From NCBI GenBank assembly GCA_051362555.1, contig CM120645.1, forward strand, positions 8,246,001 through 8,310,000: a stretch of DNA of 64,000 nt, in the 5' to 3' direction. Made by a program: the position numbers and the translations under genes. Positions 48,838 through 61,765 of this stretch are shown here, piece after piece. The first letter of the stretch is position 1, and each line of letters begins with the position of its first letter. Origin of the DNA: Lingula anatina (Eukaryota; Animalia; Brachiopoda). The notes below the pieces were generated by a model. That model had not been told where the DNA came from. It did no database searches and saw only the letters and a list, made by a program, of their open reading frames with translations.

Positions 48838-51800
48838 ATGCTGTCAGTAGTTTGGAAGACGACGAGGTACATGATGTGCTTCAGTGACAGCTGTGACCTG
48901 ACTCGGGCGTCAACGACTGAAGCGGCTTCGCCCGCTTAACACTGGACGGCGACCTTTCTGTGTCCAGAAGTATTGTCCTTTATGGGAGTAAAAAAATACT
49001 TTATACGTGCCGACAACTGGCCGTTCCTTGAGCATTTATTTTTCAACCTAAGCGATGCTTGTGCCTCGTTATCAAGGTTAACTTTTAAAAACGGTGCACT
49101 TTGGGGCTTTTCGATAATACTTATCAGAACTTTGATTGTATCCCGTTTCCATTCATTTTGAATGGTCTGGCGCAAATTACGTCATTTTTTATCTAATGTG
49201 TCCATCTGCCCACGTGTCTTGCAGTTGACGAGAAAACATTTTATTTACTGACCCTCAAGATGTTATCATTGACCTTCAAAATTATAATCTCATTTCAGGT
49301 CTTTATGCTTCACCGGAACACTGCTGATGGCATTTGCTAGACCAGGTAATTATTCTTTCTGGACATCAGACTTTTACAAGAGTCCAAAGAGGAGCTCCTT
49401 TGTCTTATATTTTGCTGGACAGCATATACGGCTGTTCCAAAACTGTTGATTTCTGCACATTTACTGAGTTCAAATGTTTTACATAACAGCATCGATTGCA
49501 ATGTCTGCACACAAATACCTTTGAAGAGGAGACAACAAAGGCGTTTCGTTTCTTCGCTCTCCGCGGGTGAACACGATGACGTAAACCATTCTGCACGAAC
49601 TGCTGGGGCGTTTACGAATAAAACCAGCGGACTTTTAGGTGCACGCGGTGCACGGAATATGTAATTTTGAAGTGTCTCGTGGTTTTTTTTATTGAGTTTC
49701 TAATGTATCACAAATAGTACAAATAATTGGAGAGAAGAAATTACACATTTGATATTTTTTACATTTAAAATCAACGCAAAAGAATTAATCAACACACCTA
49801 CTGTAGATTTGCCCTACGGCCTCATGCATCTCTGTTGCCATGACCTTCTTGTCAACAAATATTAATTTTTTTGTTATTTGAATTTGAGAAGCTTCAACAG
49901 GGCTCATGATTATATCTCATCTTAGTATTTCAATGGCGGGTCCAACGGACTTAGTGGGTCACGTGCCCCCTCCCCCCCCCCCTGTTTGGGACGTATCAAC
50001 TTTCCTCAACATCTTTTTTTAAATTGAATAAATGAATAGTATAACACACGAAAAGAAACAAAATTAAGTAAATTTACATATTACATTAAAAATTTTCCCG
50101 TCTTTTGGTTTATATGAGAACAAATACTTGGATCTGACAATTTCGCCCTTTGTGTAAGTTAAAAAAAAATTGTCAATGTGTCAGTTTTAAGAAAACTGTA
50201 AATGTCAACCATAACGCTTAATTTGTCATAAGCCTTAATATGTACTAACAAAAATCATATATTTTCACAACCAGGTTAAATCTCACTTCTGCTATTTACA
50301 TCACAGTATAACTTTTAAGAGAAAGTTACCTTCCACTTGTCATGATAAGGAGGATAATATACAAGTATATATAATTTTGCTAAAAACACACACAAAAAAA
50401 AAAAAAAAATCGATCCAATTTTCAAATTGGCAGAGACCAAATTTACAAAATGACTTTTAAGTCAAAAGCTTGGTCTTAACCTATTGTATAAGACCGTAGA
50501 ATGTATCTGCACTGAAAACTTGATTCCAAACACTTTTCTATGATATTTCAGGTCTGGAATGGCTACTATTCCCAGGATCTATCGGCCAATACCTAGGTGG
50601 TGTTATGTACCTTGCGACTGGTATGCAGATGCCGCAGCTTTTTCCTAAGATCAAAACGACTCTTGGAATCATGGTTTCTGGAGCAACAGACATGAGCACG
50701 TCGTCTTTTCTTTTTGTTAAGGTAAAACTATCATATTTCTTCTGCGGTTCGATTATTTTTAAAAGGATTATTCAAATGTTTATTCAATTATTAAGACGAC
50801 TCTTCAAACGATGCATTTATATTGTTGGGTACATTTGGGTGTGTGCTAAATTTCATTTTAATTGCTTTGTTTTTTTTTTGTATTAGAAAAAGTACAAGTC
50901 GTGGAGTTTTACCCGAGATATATGAGATAACTGTCAAGGCGAAGTGCACGCAATTATCTCCTCCATCTCGTATGGGTGGCTCCGTGCTCTGTTCCACATT
51001 CGTGCATTTGGTAACTCCACACAGAATTAATACTAATAATAATGATAATAATAATAATAATTTTTTATTTATCTTTCTAAGCTGGCTTATGACGCTGGAA
51101 TACCTTACCAGAGCTCAATGTTGGTGTTTGCTTCCATTGGTCTCGTTATTTCTACCATTACTACGATTTTGCTGCCCCCTAGGGACCACGCGGCAAACGA
51201 CAAAGAAACAAAAACTGTTTCTGAAAAGTGTTTGTCCATGTCTTTATATACATGTAATTGTCTGGGAAACCAGGAAAAAGATTCTAAAAACGCCAAAGTA
51301 GACTTCAATAACAGAAAGAGCGCAGATGTTTTTATTATAAATGACGCCAACCAAAACAATTGGAAAACGACTGAAAATGAGGACACAGAAAAACCAATGG
51401 CAAAAGTACCATCTCTACCTTCTTCATCTGCAGACATGACACAAAACGGCAAAAAACCAGCGGAGAACGCTGGTACTGTCATTGAAAAACAAGAAAATGG
51501 AGACATCGTTAATGCAGGAGAAATCGTCTTGGGAGAAAAACCAGTGACAGAAACCTCATCAACCGATGAGAAGCTGCAGTGCGATGTCCCCAAGCTTTCC
51601 TCGATCTTCAAGAGCCCGTTGTTTTGGACAACACAAATTTGGTTTTCAGGGAATGTTTTGTTGGTAGTGATGTATTTCGGCAGCTTCAACTCCATCATAG
51701 ATTACTTATCACACGGTGACCAAAGTATAGGTAAGACTGGGTTCCCATACCTAGATCTAACAGGATCGATCCATCTCCGAGGGATTTATCGCTAAATTGC

Positions 51801-54186
51801 TTTCAGCTTAAGCGATAATTAAATACCCCCTAGCATTTGAATATTTTAAAAACTAGAGAAGTGATTAAATTAGTCTTACAGAAATTGCCTCCGGGATTTG
51901 AAGAAAAGAGTTTGCGCTTTTAAAGTCTGTTTTTTATACTGCAGGCGTTGGGTAATTTTGCTCAGCTACTTCTGTGTGTGTATGTGTTCGGAAATGTTTG
52001 TTAGTAACTGGGGAGGGGGTCTCTTTGCTTTTTGTCATTAAATTCTGTGGTTAATATTGAATAAAAAAATTGTCGCCACATATATCATGATTTCCAGAAT
52101 TATAATTATCGTAGTTACAATGTTACAGTTTATAGCATTCGCAGTTAAACCCAATTCAAAACCTATCGTGTCCATCATATTCAGCAAAGAGCACCTTTGT
52201 AGAGGAGCCATTTCTTCAAATAAGGAGGTGAAAACAGTAAAGCGTTGACACAATCCTCGGGTGGATTTTATCGTGAACACTGATACCATTATTTGTCTCG
52301 ATTCCGATACAAGTATTTTTCTGGATTCCAGTGAGCCACTACACTAACGTCCTTGGTATCCTCCAACTGACCACTAGCATACCGATGGCCATAGCTGGGG
52401 GATACATGGTGGACAGACAGAAAAACAGAGCTCAGAAGGGGGCTAAAGGTGGGTGACCAGTGATGTGTAATGCGTGATGGCAGACCTTTGTATAGCAAAA
52501 CAGTAGATGGAACCAGAGAGAGAGAGAAGGGGGGGGCATATATCCATTTAGAACAAATTTATAGTCTCCCCTCTCAACTTCTGCATTAGATAACCTATGT
52601 TTCACTGTTATTTAAGATAGAGTTGACACTCATGACAAATATTTAGGATGCACAGCATCGATAACGGTTTGGTTGTCTTAACAATACCATCACGTTTCTG
52701 TGTCATTATTTTTAAATTCAATTTAAAAATCCACTAATTGTAGCCAGTAACCTTTTAATAATAGATAGGCCTATTTTTATAATATCTGTCTGTTTGCAGC
52801 TCAGCCAAAGTTCTTTCTCGGCCCCTTTTTCATCACAAGTTTTTCGGGCCTGAGTCTGTGGGCTTTATGTGCTGTGCCAGTGTTAGAAGTTCAATATGTG
52901 GCAATGCTGGTACACAGTCTACTAAGAACTTTCGCCTATGGAGTACATATATCGTTTTTGGCATATGCGTAAGTATGATCGTTCCCTCACAAAGCGTTTC
53001 TGAACTTCCTATCATGGTTAGACCTTTAGACATTTAGTGATTTAACAGTTAACAAAAAATATAAATAAAAATAAATTAATTAATAAATGAATAAAATTTG
53101 AATGTAAGAAAAGTACACAGACAGCGCAGACCTCCACCTTTACACTTATAGATTTTAATTTTTAAGTTCATTAATGTTTAAGTACATTCATTGCACAACA
53201 GGTCAAGGTCATTTACCCCATCTCCCAATGGTGAAGAAACCCTTAAAAATTCTTGAATCCAGATGGTGATCCAGATCACGGATGACCACCAAAATATAAT
53301 CACATTTAAGTTAGCCCATTTGTGACCTAACCTGAAAAATATCAAAACGCATGCATAACTTTTTGAGTTAGGGTTGATACCAACAAACAAACAGACAGAC
53401 AGGCAAAAGGAGGTGAAAACATAATCTCCTTTGCGGAGGTAAAAAAGTCTGATGTCAATGTAGAGTCCACCACGATAGAGAGTCCGCTTCCCATTCATTT
53501 GTATAGGTAAGCCTCGCACCTAGATTTTGACACAATTAGGTCAGGCTAACCCTAACCATTATAACTAAATGGAAGGCGGACTTTCTGTCAAACGGACCCT
53601 CAGTTTCTTACACCGGCACAACATTTTGGAAAGATACCTGCGTATATTCCATCCAGCTTTCTACTCAGACCGAACTACTTTATAGCAACATTTTCTCTTA
53701 GGTTCCCGCCACAGCATTTCGGCAAGATATATTCCATCCAGCTTTCTACTCAGACCGTGATTGGTAGTCTTCAGTATCCTCTGTTTTACTGGCTTAAGTC
53801 GGGCCTCGAAAGTAGTCCTTTATTTGTAAGTACATATCATCATATTCATGAATTTGAATTATTTTTTTCTAATCATAAAGAAATTCTTTGAGCTTTATTG
53901 CATTAAGAAAATTCCCGGCAAGGTATCATATGTGAATGTTTTCCTTCAATGTCATTATACAAAAGAGACCGAACATATTATATTTGACATATGAAGACAT
54001 GCTTTAACTTTTCAAATCTCACAACAATAAGTGTTAAAGACTATCATTATTTTATCATCTTTTCAGTTCAGCCTAGTGAACGTAGGTATTGCGTGCCTTA
54101 CTTTCTGCTTGCCTATATACGTCCTCAGGATGGAGGGACCAAAGAAGGGAAAAGAAAACCAGGTCGCTGATATTCAGACTTTTTAA
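46348..54186 (+). CDS. SLC43A-family MFS transporter (SLC43A3/LAT3-like), 8 coding exons, about 583 aa
   Basis: Exons 46348-46703, 49299-49345, 50552-50721, 51082-51730, 52332-52448, 52800-52968, 53702-53825, 54067-54186; AG/GT ends and consistent phases (1752 nt). Motifs GWPSLVYIFRDAGFY..LC, C..QQEMLNL, GYIYDHCG, VSHYTNV, FPPQHFGK, LQYPLF. Confidence 0.88.
47268..47421 (+). mobile_element. MITE family A copy
   Basis: Closely similar to 4746-4900. Confidence 0.8.
47526..47682. mobile_element. MITE family C copy (CCGGTGT...ACACC termini)
   Basis: Core ccgcttcccattcatttgta..gcctcgc..tagattttgacccacttaggtcag..ggactttctg recurs at about 53465-53616 and 59739-59909. Confidence 0.7.
48368..48613. 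mobile_element. Non-autonomous Helentron/DINE-like element (family D); second copy at about 53120-53442
   Basis: Inverted cctccgccaagg / ccttggcggagg pair, gatccggatcacc palindrome, (GACA)n, A-rich ends. The class assignment is inference. Confidence 0.6.
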
Positions 54187-54477
54187 TGCAGGCGTTGTCG
54201 GACTACCGGTGTAGATGAACTTAATATTCTTCTTTATTTCTGACATTGTTATGTTAACTTCAAAATGATTTTGACCTTTGTAAATTCTTATTAAAATTAC
54301 AAATTATTACTTTGTATCTAGAATATAATTTTGTAGAAGCAGAAATAGGAGGAAACGTGCCAGATCACATTCTGTATTAGTTTGCCCACATTTGTTAAAT
54401 AACAGTCCAAAACTACAGGTTTAGTAAGATATGACAATAAATAATTCTTTGTTTCGTCTTCGTTCAAGTCTGTGCTT

Positions 54478-54646
54478 AGGGGTGGGTGGAAGCCGTCTTC
54501 TGGGTCCTACGGATGAGGGTCAGAAATTTTCAAGTTTACATTAACGCTCATCAATTTTTTTTCTGTCGAAAGACGGTCAAAAATGGAGGATGGATCAGCA
54601 AAGATAATTTAAAAGACTGTGAGGAAATATCTCTGGATCCGACCCA
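54478..54646 (+). mobile_element. MITE family A copy
   Basis: Family A core present. Confidence 0.75.
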
Positions 54647-55354
54647 AGATGTTGGTCCCGATACAGATTCAGCGGGAGATTGAAGAAAAAGAAATCAACA
54701 TCGAAAAGCCCTGTGACAAACTGAATGTGATGGATGTTATATTTTGTTTTTATGTTTTTAAAATCTATAATGTGATTCAGATGTATCAACGAGAACCTTA
54801 AAGATGCATTCGAAGTCAATTTTATGCCACAAAAGCCAACCAAATGCCAGCATATGGTTCCAAGTAGTAGAACTAAAAGAATTACCAAAAGGCATTAATT
54901 TTACCCGAAAAATGATATTTGAACGGATTTTTCTGCTAGCATTCTATGCTGTGAATCAATGGGGCAGAAAAGTAGGTCACGAAAGTAGGTTTAATTTTTG
55001 ACCAAACATTTAAGGAAAGGAGCAGTCTAAAACTCTTTTATGGCTGATCGGGTGATTTATTCAGTTTATCCTTTGGCATGTCGTATTTATTTGAAACTAG
55101 TAGAAGTGGTTTATATGTGTTACTGGGAATCTACGTTCCACCGATGCTCGGTTCGTATGTATCTTTAACCACGTGTTAGTGAGCCTTTCCCTTAAATTTG
55201 ACACCGACATATACATTTACCACTGAGTCAACCCGTATACATAAAATTTCTCCATCATTCACTCATCTCTGGTGCAAGAATGTGCTAGAGAAGACGGGAG
55301 ATTTGGACACAATGTGCCTGGTTGTGTCTCCTCTACTTGCGTTACACCTGGTAA

Positions 55355-56014
55355 GGGCCCCTTTACACTGGACGGCGTCCTTTCTGCGTCCCTTCTGCGT
55401 TCAAAAATGTGGTCAGGACGCTCAACGGTCGCCAAAGCAATTAAATCGTGTCTCAGTGTAAAGGCGCCTGCGTCCCTTGTGAGTCCTTTGAACGACCGAA
55501 TCTTGATTTGACCTGTAAAACTGCGAGCGACATGCCTGCCTCCACTGTACGTCCCCTATGCAACCCAAGGCGTCCATTGCGATGTTTGAGCGACCATTGA
55601 GCATTCTTGCTGCGTTCTCTGTGCCTTCCTCGGCGATCAGTGGCGTCTATTCTACGATCATTCTGCATCCTGCTTGACCGATGAGCGTTGTTTGGGCGTC
55701 CTTCTCTATATCCTAACTCTTTTTTTATCGGTTCTAACCAGGTCATCTAATAAAGAACATTTCCAGCACACAAAACAAATAAATGGGAATAAACGCTTTA
55801 AACTATAGTGATGCAAGGTCTGCATGGATTGTTATAATCAGCCAGATGCTCATTGTTATACATATAAGAAGGATGGACAGGCGCCGAAAACGAGAAAGTA
55901 TGACTGACACAACATAGAATATTTGAATCCGTTTTCAAATGACGCATTCTGCAAAAAGTTCTGACATTTAATGCATCTTGTAAAAAAGGCAAAATATTCG
56001 TTTTATAATAACCT

Positions 56015-56055
<41 letters not shown>

Positions 56056-58005
56056 ATCGTTTCATGAATTTTTGGGGAAAAAACAATCGGAGGCTGATAT
56101 GAGACTACTGTTGCCCTTAGAATTCCTGTCTGGTGAAAAATACCTCAGAACTGCCCCGTTTGAGAGTGAAAAAAAAATGTTCTACGTGCCGAACACTGGT
56201 AGATCTTTGAGTTTTTATTCTGCAACCAAAGAGATGCTTGTGCCTCTTTTCTACGACCGCGGCGATGCTTGTGCGTCCTCTCTGCGACCACGGCGATGCT
56301 TGTGCGTCCTCTCTGCGACCACGGCGATGCTTGTACGTCCTTTCTGCGTCCATTGAGCGACCATCCTCCATCGCGTTCTCTTTGCGATTGTTTTGAACAT
56401 GCTCAAAACTTCGCGGCGTCCATGGCGTCCACGGCGATGCTTGAACGTGCTTTGTGCGACTTTATACCCCCTTTAAGCTACTCTTACAACCGGTCGTGCG
56501 TGCTTCTACGAGCGGTTTGCGTGCAAAAAATTGGCCAAGTAGTAAGATACACGCACGTGGAGCGTACTATTTTTGGTGGACGCAAACACGTCGCAAAGCA
56601 CGCAGCCCGAAAACTGGCCGGCCAGTTTTTCGCTACGACCTGTCTGCGACAATTAGAACGCCTGGAGCACGCTCGTAGCACGCAAGACAAAAGTACTGAG
56701 TAAGTGCGCTAGGCGTGCGTGTAACGCAGGAAAAGCATGCAGAAATTACGGGGTATTTTACCACGAAGACGTACTTACCACGCAAGAGACTCGTAAGTTT
56801 AACTTGCTTTCAATGTACGTGTTAACAAAAAGGAGGGTGAGCGCACTTCCTCCGTGCGTTTATCTTACTTCCAAAGTGCGTGGCGAGTACTACTACCATA
56901 CCTGTGAAGTGCGTCACACTAAGACGACGCACGTGCCCAGCACGATAAAAGTGCAGGCGATCCCGAGCAACCACTGCCAGCATTGCGTCACGATCTTCGG
57001 CCTCCTCTAGCATTAGCAGCTGTAGAAGTCGATGGCGCATCCTTCTTGGAAGTGCCTTTTTGGAAGCCAAAACAGTGAATGATGAAGAGACTCGGTGCTC
57101 CCTTTTATATTATTTTGATTATCCGTGCGTTCCACTTCCGTGCTTATTACGTTTCTCTTACGTTTCTCTTACTTCGTAAGTACGGTTTCTGAAAACGTAC
57201 GCTTCACTTGCAATACACGTATGATTATCTCACTCACTGTGTGCGACACGAGTACAGATCGTACGTGCTCCTTACTTCTTCCTACTTCCAAAAAAAGGCG
57301 TACAGACCACTTGCGGGCCCCACGTTTAGAGCACAACACACCTACTCATAAAGTACTTACTACTTCGTCCGCTGCGATTTAATTTTCATCCTGCGACAAC
57401 GCTACGTCTGACGAGAAATCCGAGGACGCACGATCTCCAAAGCCCCCTTTACACTGGACGGCGTCCCTTCTGCGTCCTTTCTGCGACCATGAAATTTGGC
57501 ATCGCTGTGGTCTTAATAAGGAGGCATGAGCATTGATTTTGTATCAGAATGAATGCTCAATGATCTGCCAGTTGTAAAGTATTATACTTCTTTAACTCTC
57601 AAATGGGGCCGTACTGCTGGACGCAGAAAGGACGCCGTCCAATATAAAGGGGGTTTAAATAGATGATATCAGAGCATTGGATCAGAAGAGAAAGATTCAC
57701 TACTATAACATAGCCGCGCTCATTTATCATTTTCAGATATGATTTATGATAAATTATCAAAAGCGAACCATAATATAATAGATCTACAGGTAACAAATAT
57801 TTATTAAACTATCGAACAATCATCGTTTTACTGTATACAATTGATATAATTTAGATAGGCACATGCAGCTCTTTTCTGTGCGTCCTCTTTGCGACCACGG
57901 CGATGCTTGTGCGTCATTTCTGCGTCCTTTGAGCGACCTTGCAGCGTCCATCCTCCATCGCGTTCTCTCTGCGATTGTTTTGAACATGCTCAAAACTTCG
58001 CAGCT
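55355..58005. mobile_element. Cluster of non-autonomous PIF/Harbinger-like elements
   Basis: TIR gcccctttacactggacggcgtcc at 55357 and about 57442; reverse complement ending at about 57655; TAA at 55352-55354 and 57656-57658; internal tgtgcgtcctctctgcgaccacggcgatgct repeats at 56260-56415 and 57858-58005. Confidence 0.6.
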
Positions 58006-59172
58006 CATTTACTCCCAGACCTAGCTAAAAGGGAGGTGTTTTGAAGCTCAAAATTTACAAAATTACTTCCAAATTGTGTATTTTGATAAAAATGTCATTA
58101 GTGGGGCATGTTTTTTGAAGAATATGTTCCGTTCAGGCCATTCTGACGGCCTGGCGATAAACCTTTCAGCATTTTGGAGACCTCGACTGATTTAACCAAG
58201 ATGTAGTCGTGAAATTCTAGACTATACATCGAGGTTAAATCCGAGTTTTCCGAAAGACGCTACACAGAAATGTCGAGTGAAGCTAGATATTTCTTTGTAG
58301 CGGCTCGAGGTTGCCCTTGAACTTCACTGAAGCTTGGCTAAATGGACAGTCTTCAGTGATCAGCATATCGCCACGGTCACATAACATCCCTAGGTACTTG
58401 GACATAATGACGAAAGGCCAACCTAGGTATAAGTTAACTGAGGTCGCAGTTATGACAGGGCGACGCATTCATAAACCTTCTTTGACCTGACAGGTGATGG
58501 TGGACATATGCAAAATTGCTGCTAAGGACACCATTAGTCCCCAGGTGAAACTCTATACCTTTTTTGTTATAATTTTGAACGGAAGATATTGAGGCTATGA
58601 ATTTCGGCGATACACTAAAAATTGGAGTGTGTTCACATTGAATAACACTTTCCCTCAGCGTGTGTGTGTGTGTGTATGTGCGTGCCTGCGTGCGTGTGCG
58701 TGCGTACGTGCGTGTACATATGTGTGCGCTTGCATTCCTGCTTGCTTGCTTGCGAGAGAGAGAGAGAGAGAAAGAGAGAGGTGACACAAAGAAAAGTAAA
58801 AATAAATACCGAGCAACATGTACACCAAATGTAATTAAACTGGTTTTAATGATCTACTTGTACTATCACCCGCCATAGGGAGCTCGAGTATACAGCATTG
58901 TTACGAACAGGAACAAACAAGGCGATGTGTTGTTCATGACCTCACCGCTGTCACTGCGTTCTCATCATCAAAAGACTTAATTAATAGACACTTTGTTAAT
59001 GACAGATGAAATGCGATTGTGTGTGTGTGCGCACACACACACACACACACACACCGCGATATATATTTACTTAATTTTAATAAATTTAAGTACTTACGTG
59101 ATTACGCGCATGAATATGCATTTCCAGGTTGTTTTTATGTAGTCGACAGTGGCGGCAAGCGTTCAGTTAAAC

Positions 59173-59528
59173 ATGGAGAGGGGAAATGAACCAGCGCTGT
59201 ACAAAGCCTTCCTCGTGGCTTTCGTTTTGATCGAAGTTGGCCTCTTCAGCGTGTGTGTGCAGGGGTGGCCGTCGCTGGTCTACATCTTCAGGGATACAGG
59301 GTTTTACGCCAATCTCTGCGACAACACCACTCTCACATACTCGCTCGACATAAACTTGACGGTGTCTGGCGATCAAGAGCACGATCACCTGGCAGATCTT
59401 GGATGTGCCCGGCAAGAAGAAATGGTAAATCTAGCTTACACCCTGGCTTGTGCGTCGCTTGTGCTAACATCGGTGCTAGGATACATTTATGATCATTGTG
59501 GAACATGGTGTGTTCGCGGAATTTGTGT
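59173..59528 (+). CDS. First coding exon of a tandem SLC43A-family paralogue; remaining exons not found in the window
   Basis: 356 nt, same length as 46348-46703; 11 aa differences; gt|gtgagt donor at the same position. Confidence 0.85.
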
Positions 59529-60566
59529 GTGAGTACAACTTGTAACACCCGTACGTTTTTTTTTTTTTTTTTTTTTTTGTTTTTTTTTTTTTTTTTTTTT
59601 CCAAAATGTTTTGAACATTTTGAAAACAACATACCTCTTCATTGTTTTCTATATAACACCGACAGTGTTAAAAATCATAGATTTACTTGGCTCTTAAACA
59701 TTTTCAAGCTGGGGAAGTAAAAGATATTACTTTAAAGTCGGTGTAGTGTGACAGAAAGTCACCCATGACCGAGAGTCCGCCTCCCAAATATTTGTGCAGG
59801 TAAGCCTCGCCGTAGATTTTGACCCACTTAGGTCAGGCTAACCGTAGCCATTCCACATAAATGGAGGGCGGACTTTCTGTTTCACGGACCCACAGTTTCG
59901 GTACACCGGTAAGATGGCAAATACAGTAAATAGCCTCCCAGGTTTGTCGCACCAACGGATCGTAATGAAGGGTTAAGGCCCTGTTACCCTATATAGCGTA
60001 TGGCACCAATGACTGGGATATCTTCACATACGCAGACAAACATAAAGGATTTGTTAGATAGTGTACGTTCTACGTTGGTGTAATTTCGCATAACTTTTGG
60101 GTTTGACCAAGTTTGCACTTCATAATTATCAACAAAGTTTTGCTCCTGAGCACGACATATACGCTCATATGTGATAATCATACGCTTATATACGGCACGC
60201 AAACGCTCATATACGCTACTTTAACGCTGATATACGGTTCTTATAGGCTACACCTATATATCTGGATGTTGCAATAAAATAAATACTGGACACATCGTTC
60301 ATACCACTGTAACCAGTCCCAGCAGGCATAGTGACGTTGAATCAACGTTGAAAACAGGTTGATACGTTGAATTGCCTTTGATCTACCTAAATTCAACGTA
60401 AAATCAACGTTGATCCAGCCACGTCAAAACACCGTCATAATGTGACGTTGACTCAACGTTGTATGTTGGTCATTGACTCAACGTTGTTGTTTGGTCGTCG
60501 TGATTGTAATTTAAAATATTAATATTGAAAACGTGATACTTTGTTTATCAATACTGTAACTAACAC

Positions 60567-61694
60567 TTTGGTGGTCCTCAGGTCGTTCTTCGGTATCTGT
60601 TTTGCCTTTTTAATCCCAGTTTGTATCAGTTGTCTTGGGTATTGTCTCCTTAATAGGAATCCTTCCAGATCTTTGAGCCTTTGTTTTAATGTGGTTTCAT
60701 TTGAGACAATTATGCATAGTCTTCGAGCTAGATTGTATGGTATATTGTGCTTAATGTGTCTGGGATGACACGAGTTAAAAAGGAGATATTGTTGAACAAT
60801 TGATCATGCTGAACAAAACAGCGTGCATGGGATACAACAATATAATCCAACTAACTTTATACCATATCACCCCAGTACGAACAAAGGAAACCGACAAATC
60901 CAAAATTAAAAAGGAACCCATACCGTACATATCAACATATAATCAAAAAAATCCGGAAGTACACAATGTCATAACTGGAAACTTACCTTTGGTAAAACAA
61001 GATGACAAAATGAATGAGATACTAACTGAAATGCAGATTATAAAGAGTAAGAGACAAAGTCCATCACTTAAGCAAATTTTAACAAAAGCAAAATTTGAAA
61101 ACAATTCCAGGACAAATGTGGAAACCTCAACAATACGAGTACAGAAATGTGAGGTACCCAGGTGCGGCACCTGTCCACTAATTAAAGAGGGGAGCCATCT
61201 TACATTTAAAAATGGACTTACATTTAGAATTAAACACCCATTCACCTGCACTAGCTCAAATTTAATTTATGTATTAACTTGCAGTGGATGCGGTGAGAAC
61301 TATATAGGACAAACTGGAGACACTCTCAGACATAGAATGACCGTTCACAGACAACAAATAAGACAACCTAAATATCAGTGCACGTCTGTGAGTGGGCACA
61401 TTAGGGAATGCTCTATGAACAAAAACAAGGACTTTACGGTATTCCCATTTTATAAATTCACTAGGGAAACAACCCAAACAGAAAGGGAAATGAAAGAAAA
61501 TCTATTCATTAATTAGTATAAACCTACATTGAATAGATAATATCATTGGTAAAAGCAGCAATTAAACACCCATTGTTACAGACGTCACATTTTAGCCCTT
61601 ATGACATCACCTAGTAACAAATAAACAAAACCTCCTGAAGAAAGAATGAAACCGGTCGCGGCAAAATAGCTGCTCTTCTTTGTTTTCTTTTTAT

Positions 61695-61700
<6 letters not shown>
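60567..61700 (+). mobile_element. 5'-truncated Penelope-like retroelement: GIY-YIG endonuclease region (+) with an inverted upstream fragment (-)
   Basis: RCGTCPLI..FTCTSSNLIYVLTCSGCGENYIGQTGDTLRHRMTVH; premature TAG before YKPTLNR*; 60794-60567 (-) encodes QQYLLFNSCHPRHIKHNIPYNLARRL..YPRQLI. Confidence 0.88.
61631..61661 (+). ncRNA. Minimal type I hammerhead ribozyme-like motif
   Basis: cctc-CTGAAGA-a(agaa)t-GAAA-ccggtc-gcgg: core boxes, 1-bp stem II, palindromic stem III; one stem I mismatch; about 90 nt after the Penelope stop. Confidence 0.6.
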
Positions 61701-61729
<29 letters not shown>

Positions 61730-61765
61730 AACTAAACCTTGGAAATCCTAACTTGAAGGCCATAC

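Noticed and set aside
51105-51698. 197-aa minus-strand ORF
   Set aside because: Antisense shadow of SLC43A exon 4.
52617-52682. Candidate SLC43A exon
   Set aside because: In-frame stop and no family motif; 52332-52448 fits both phase and motif.
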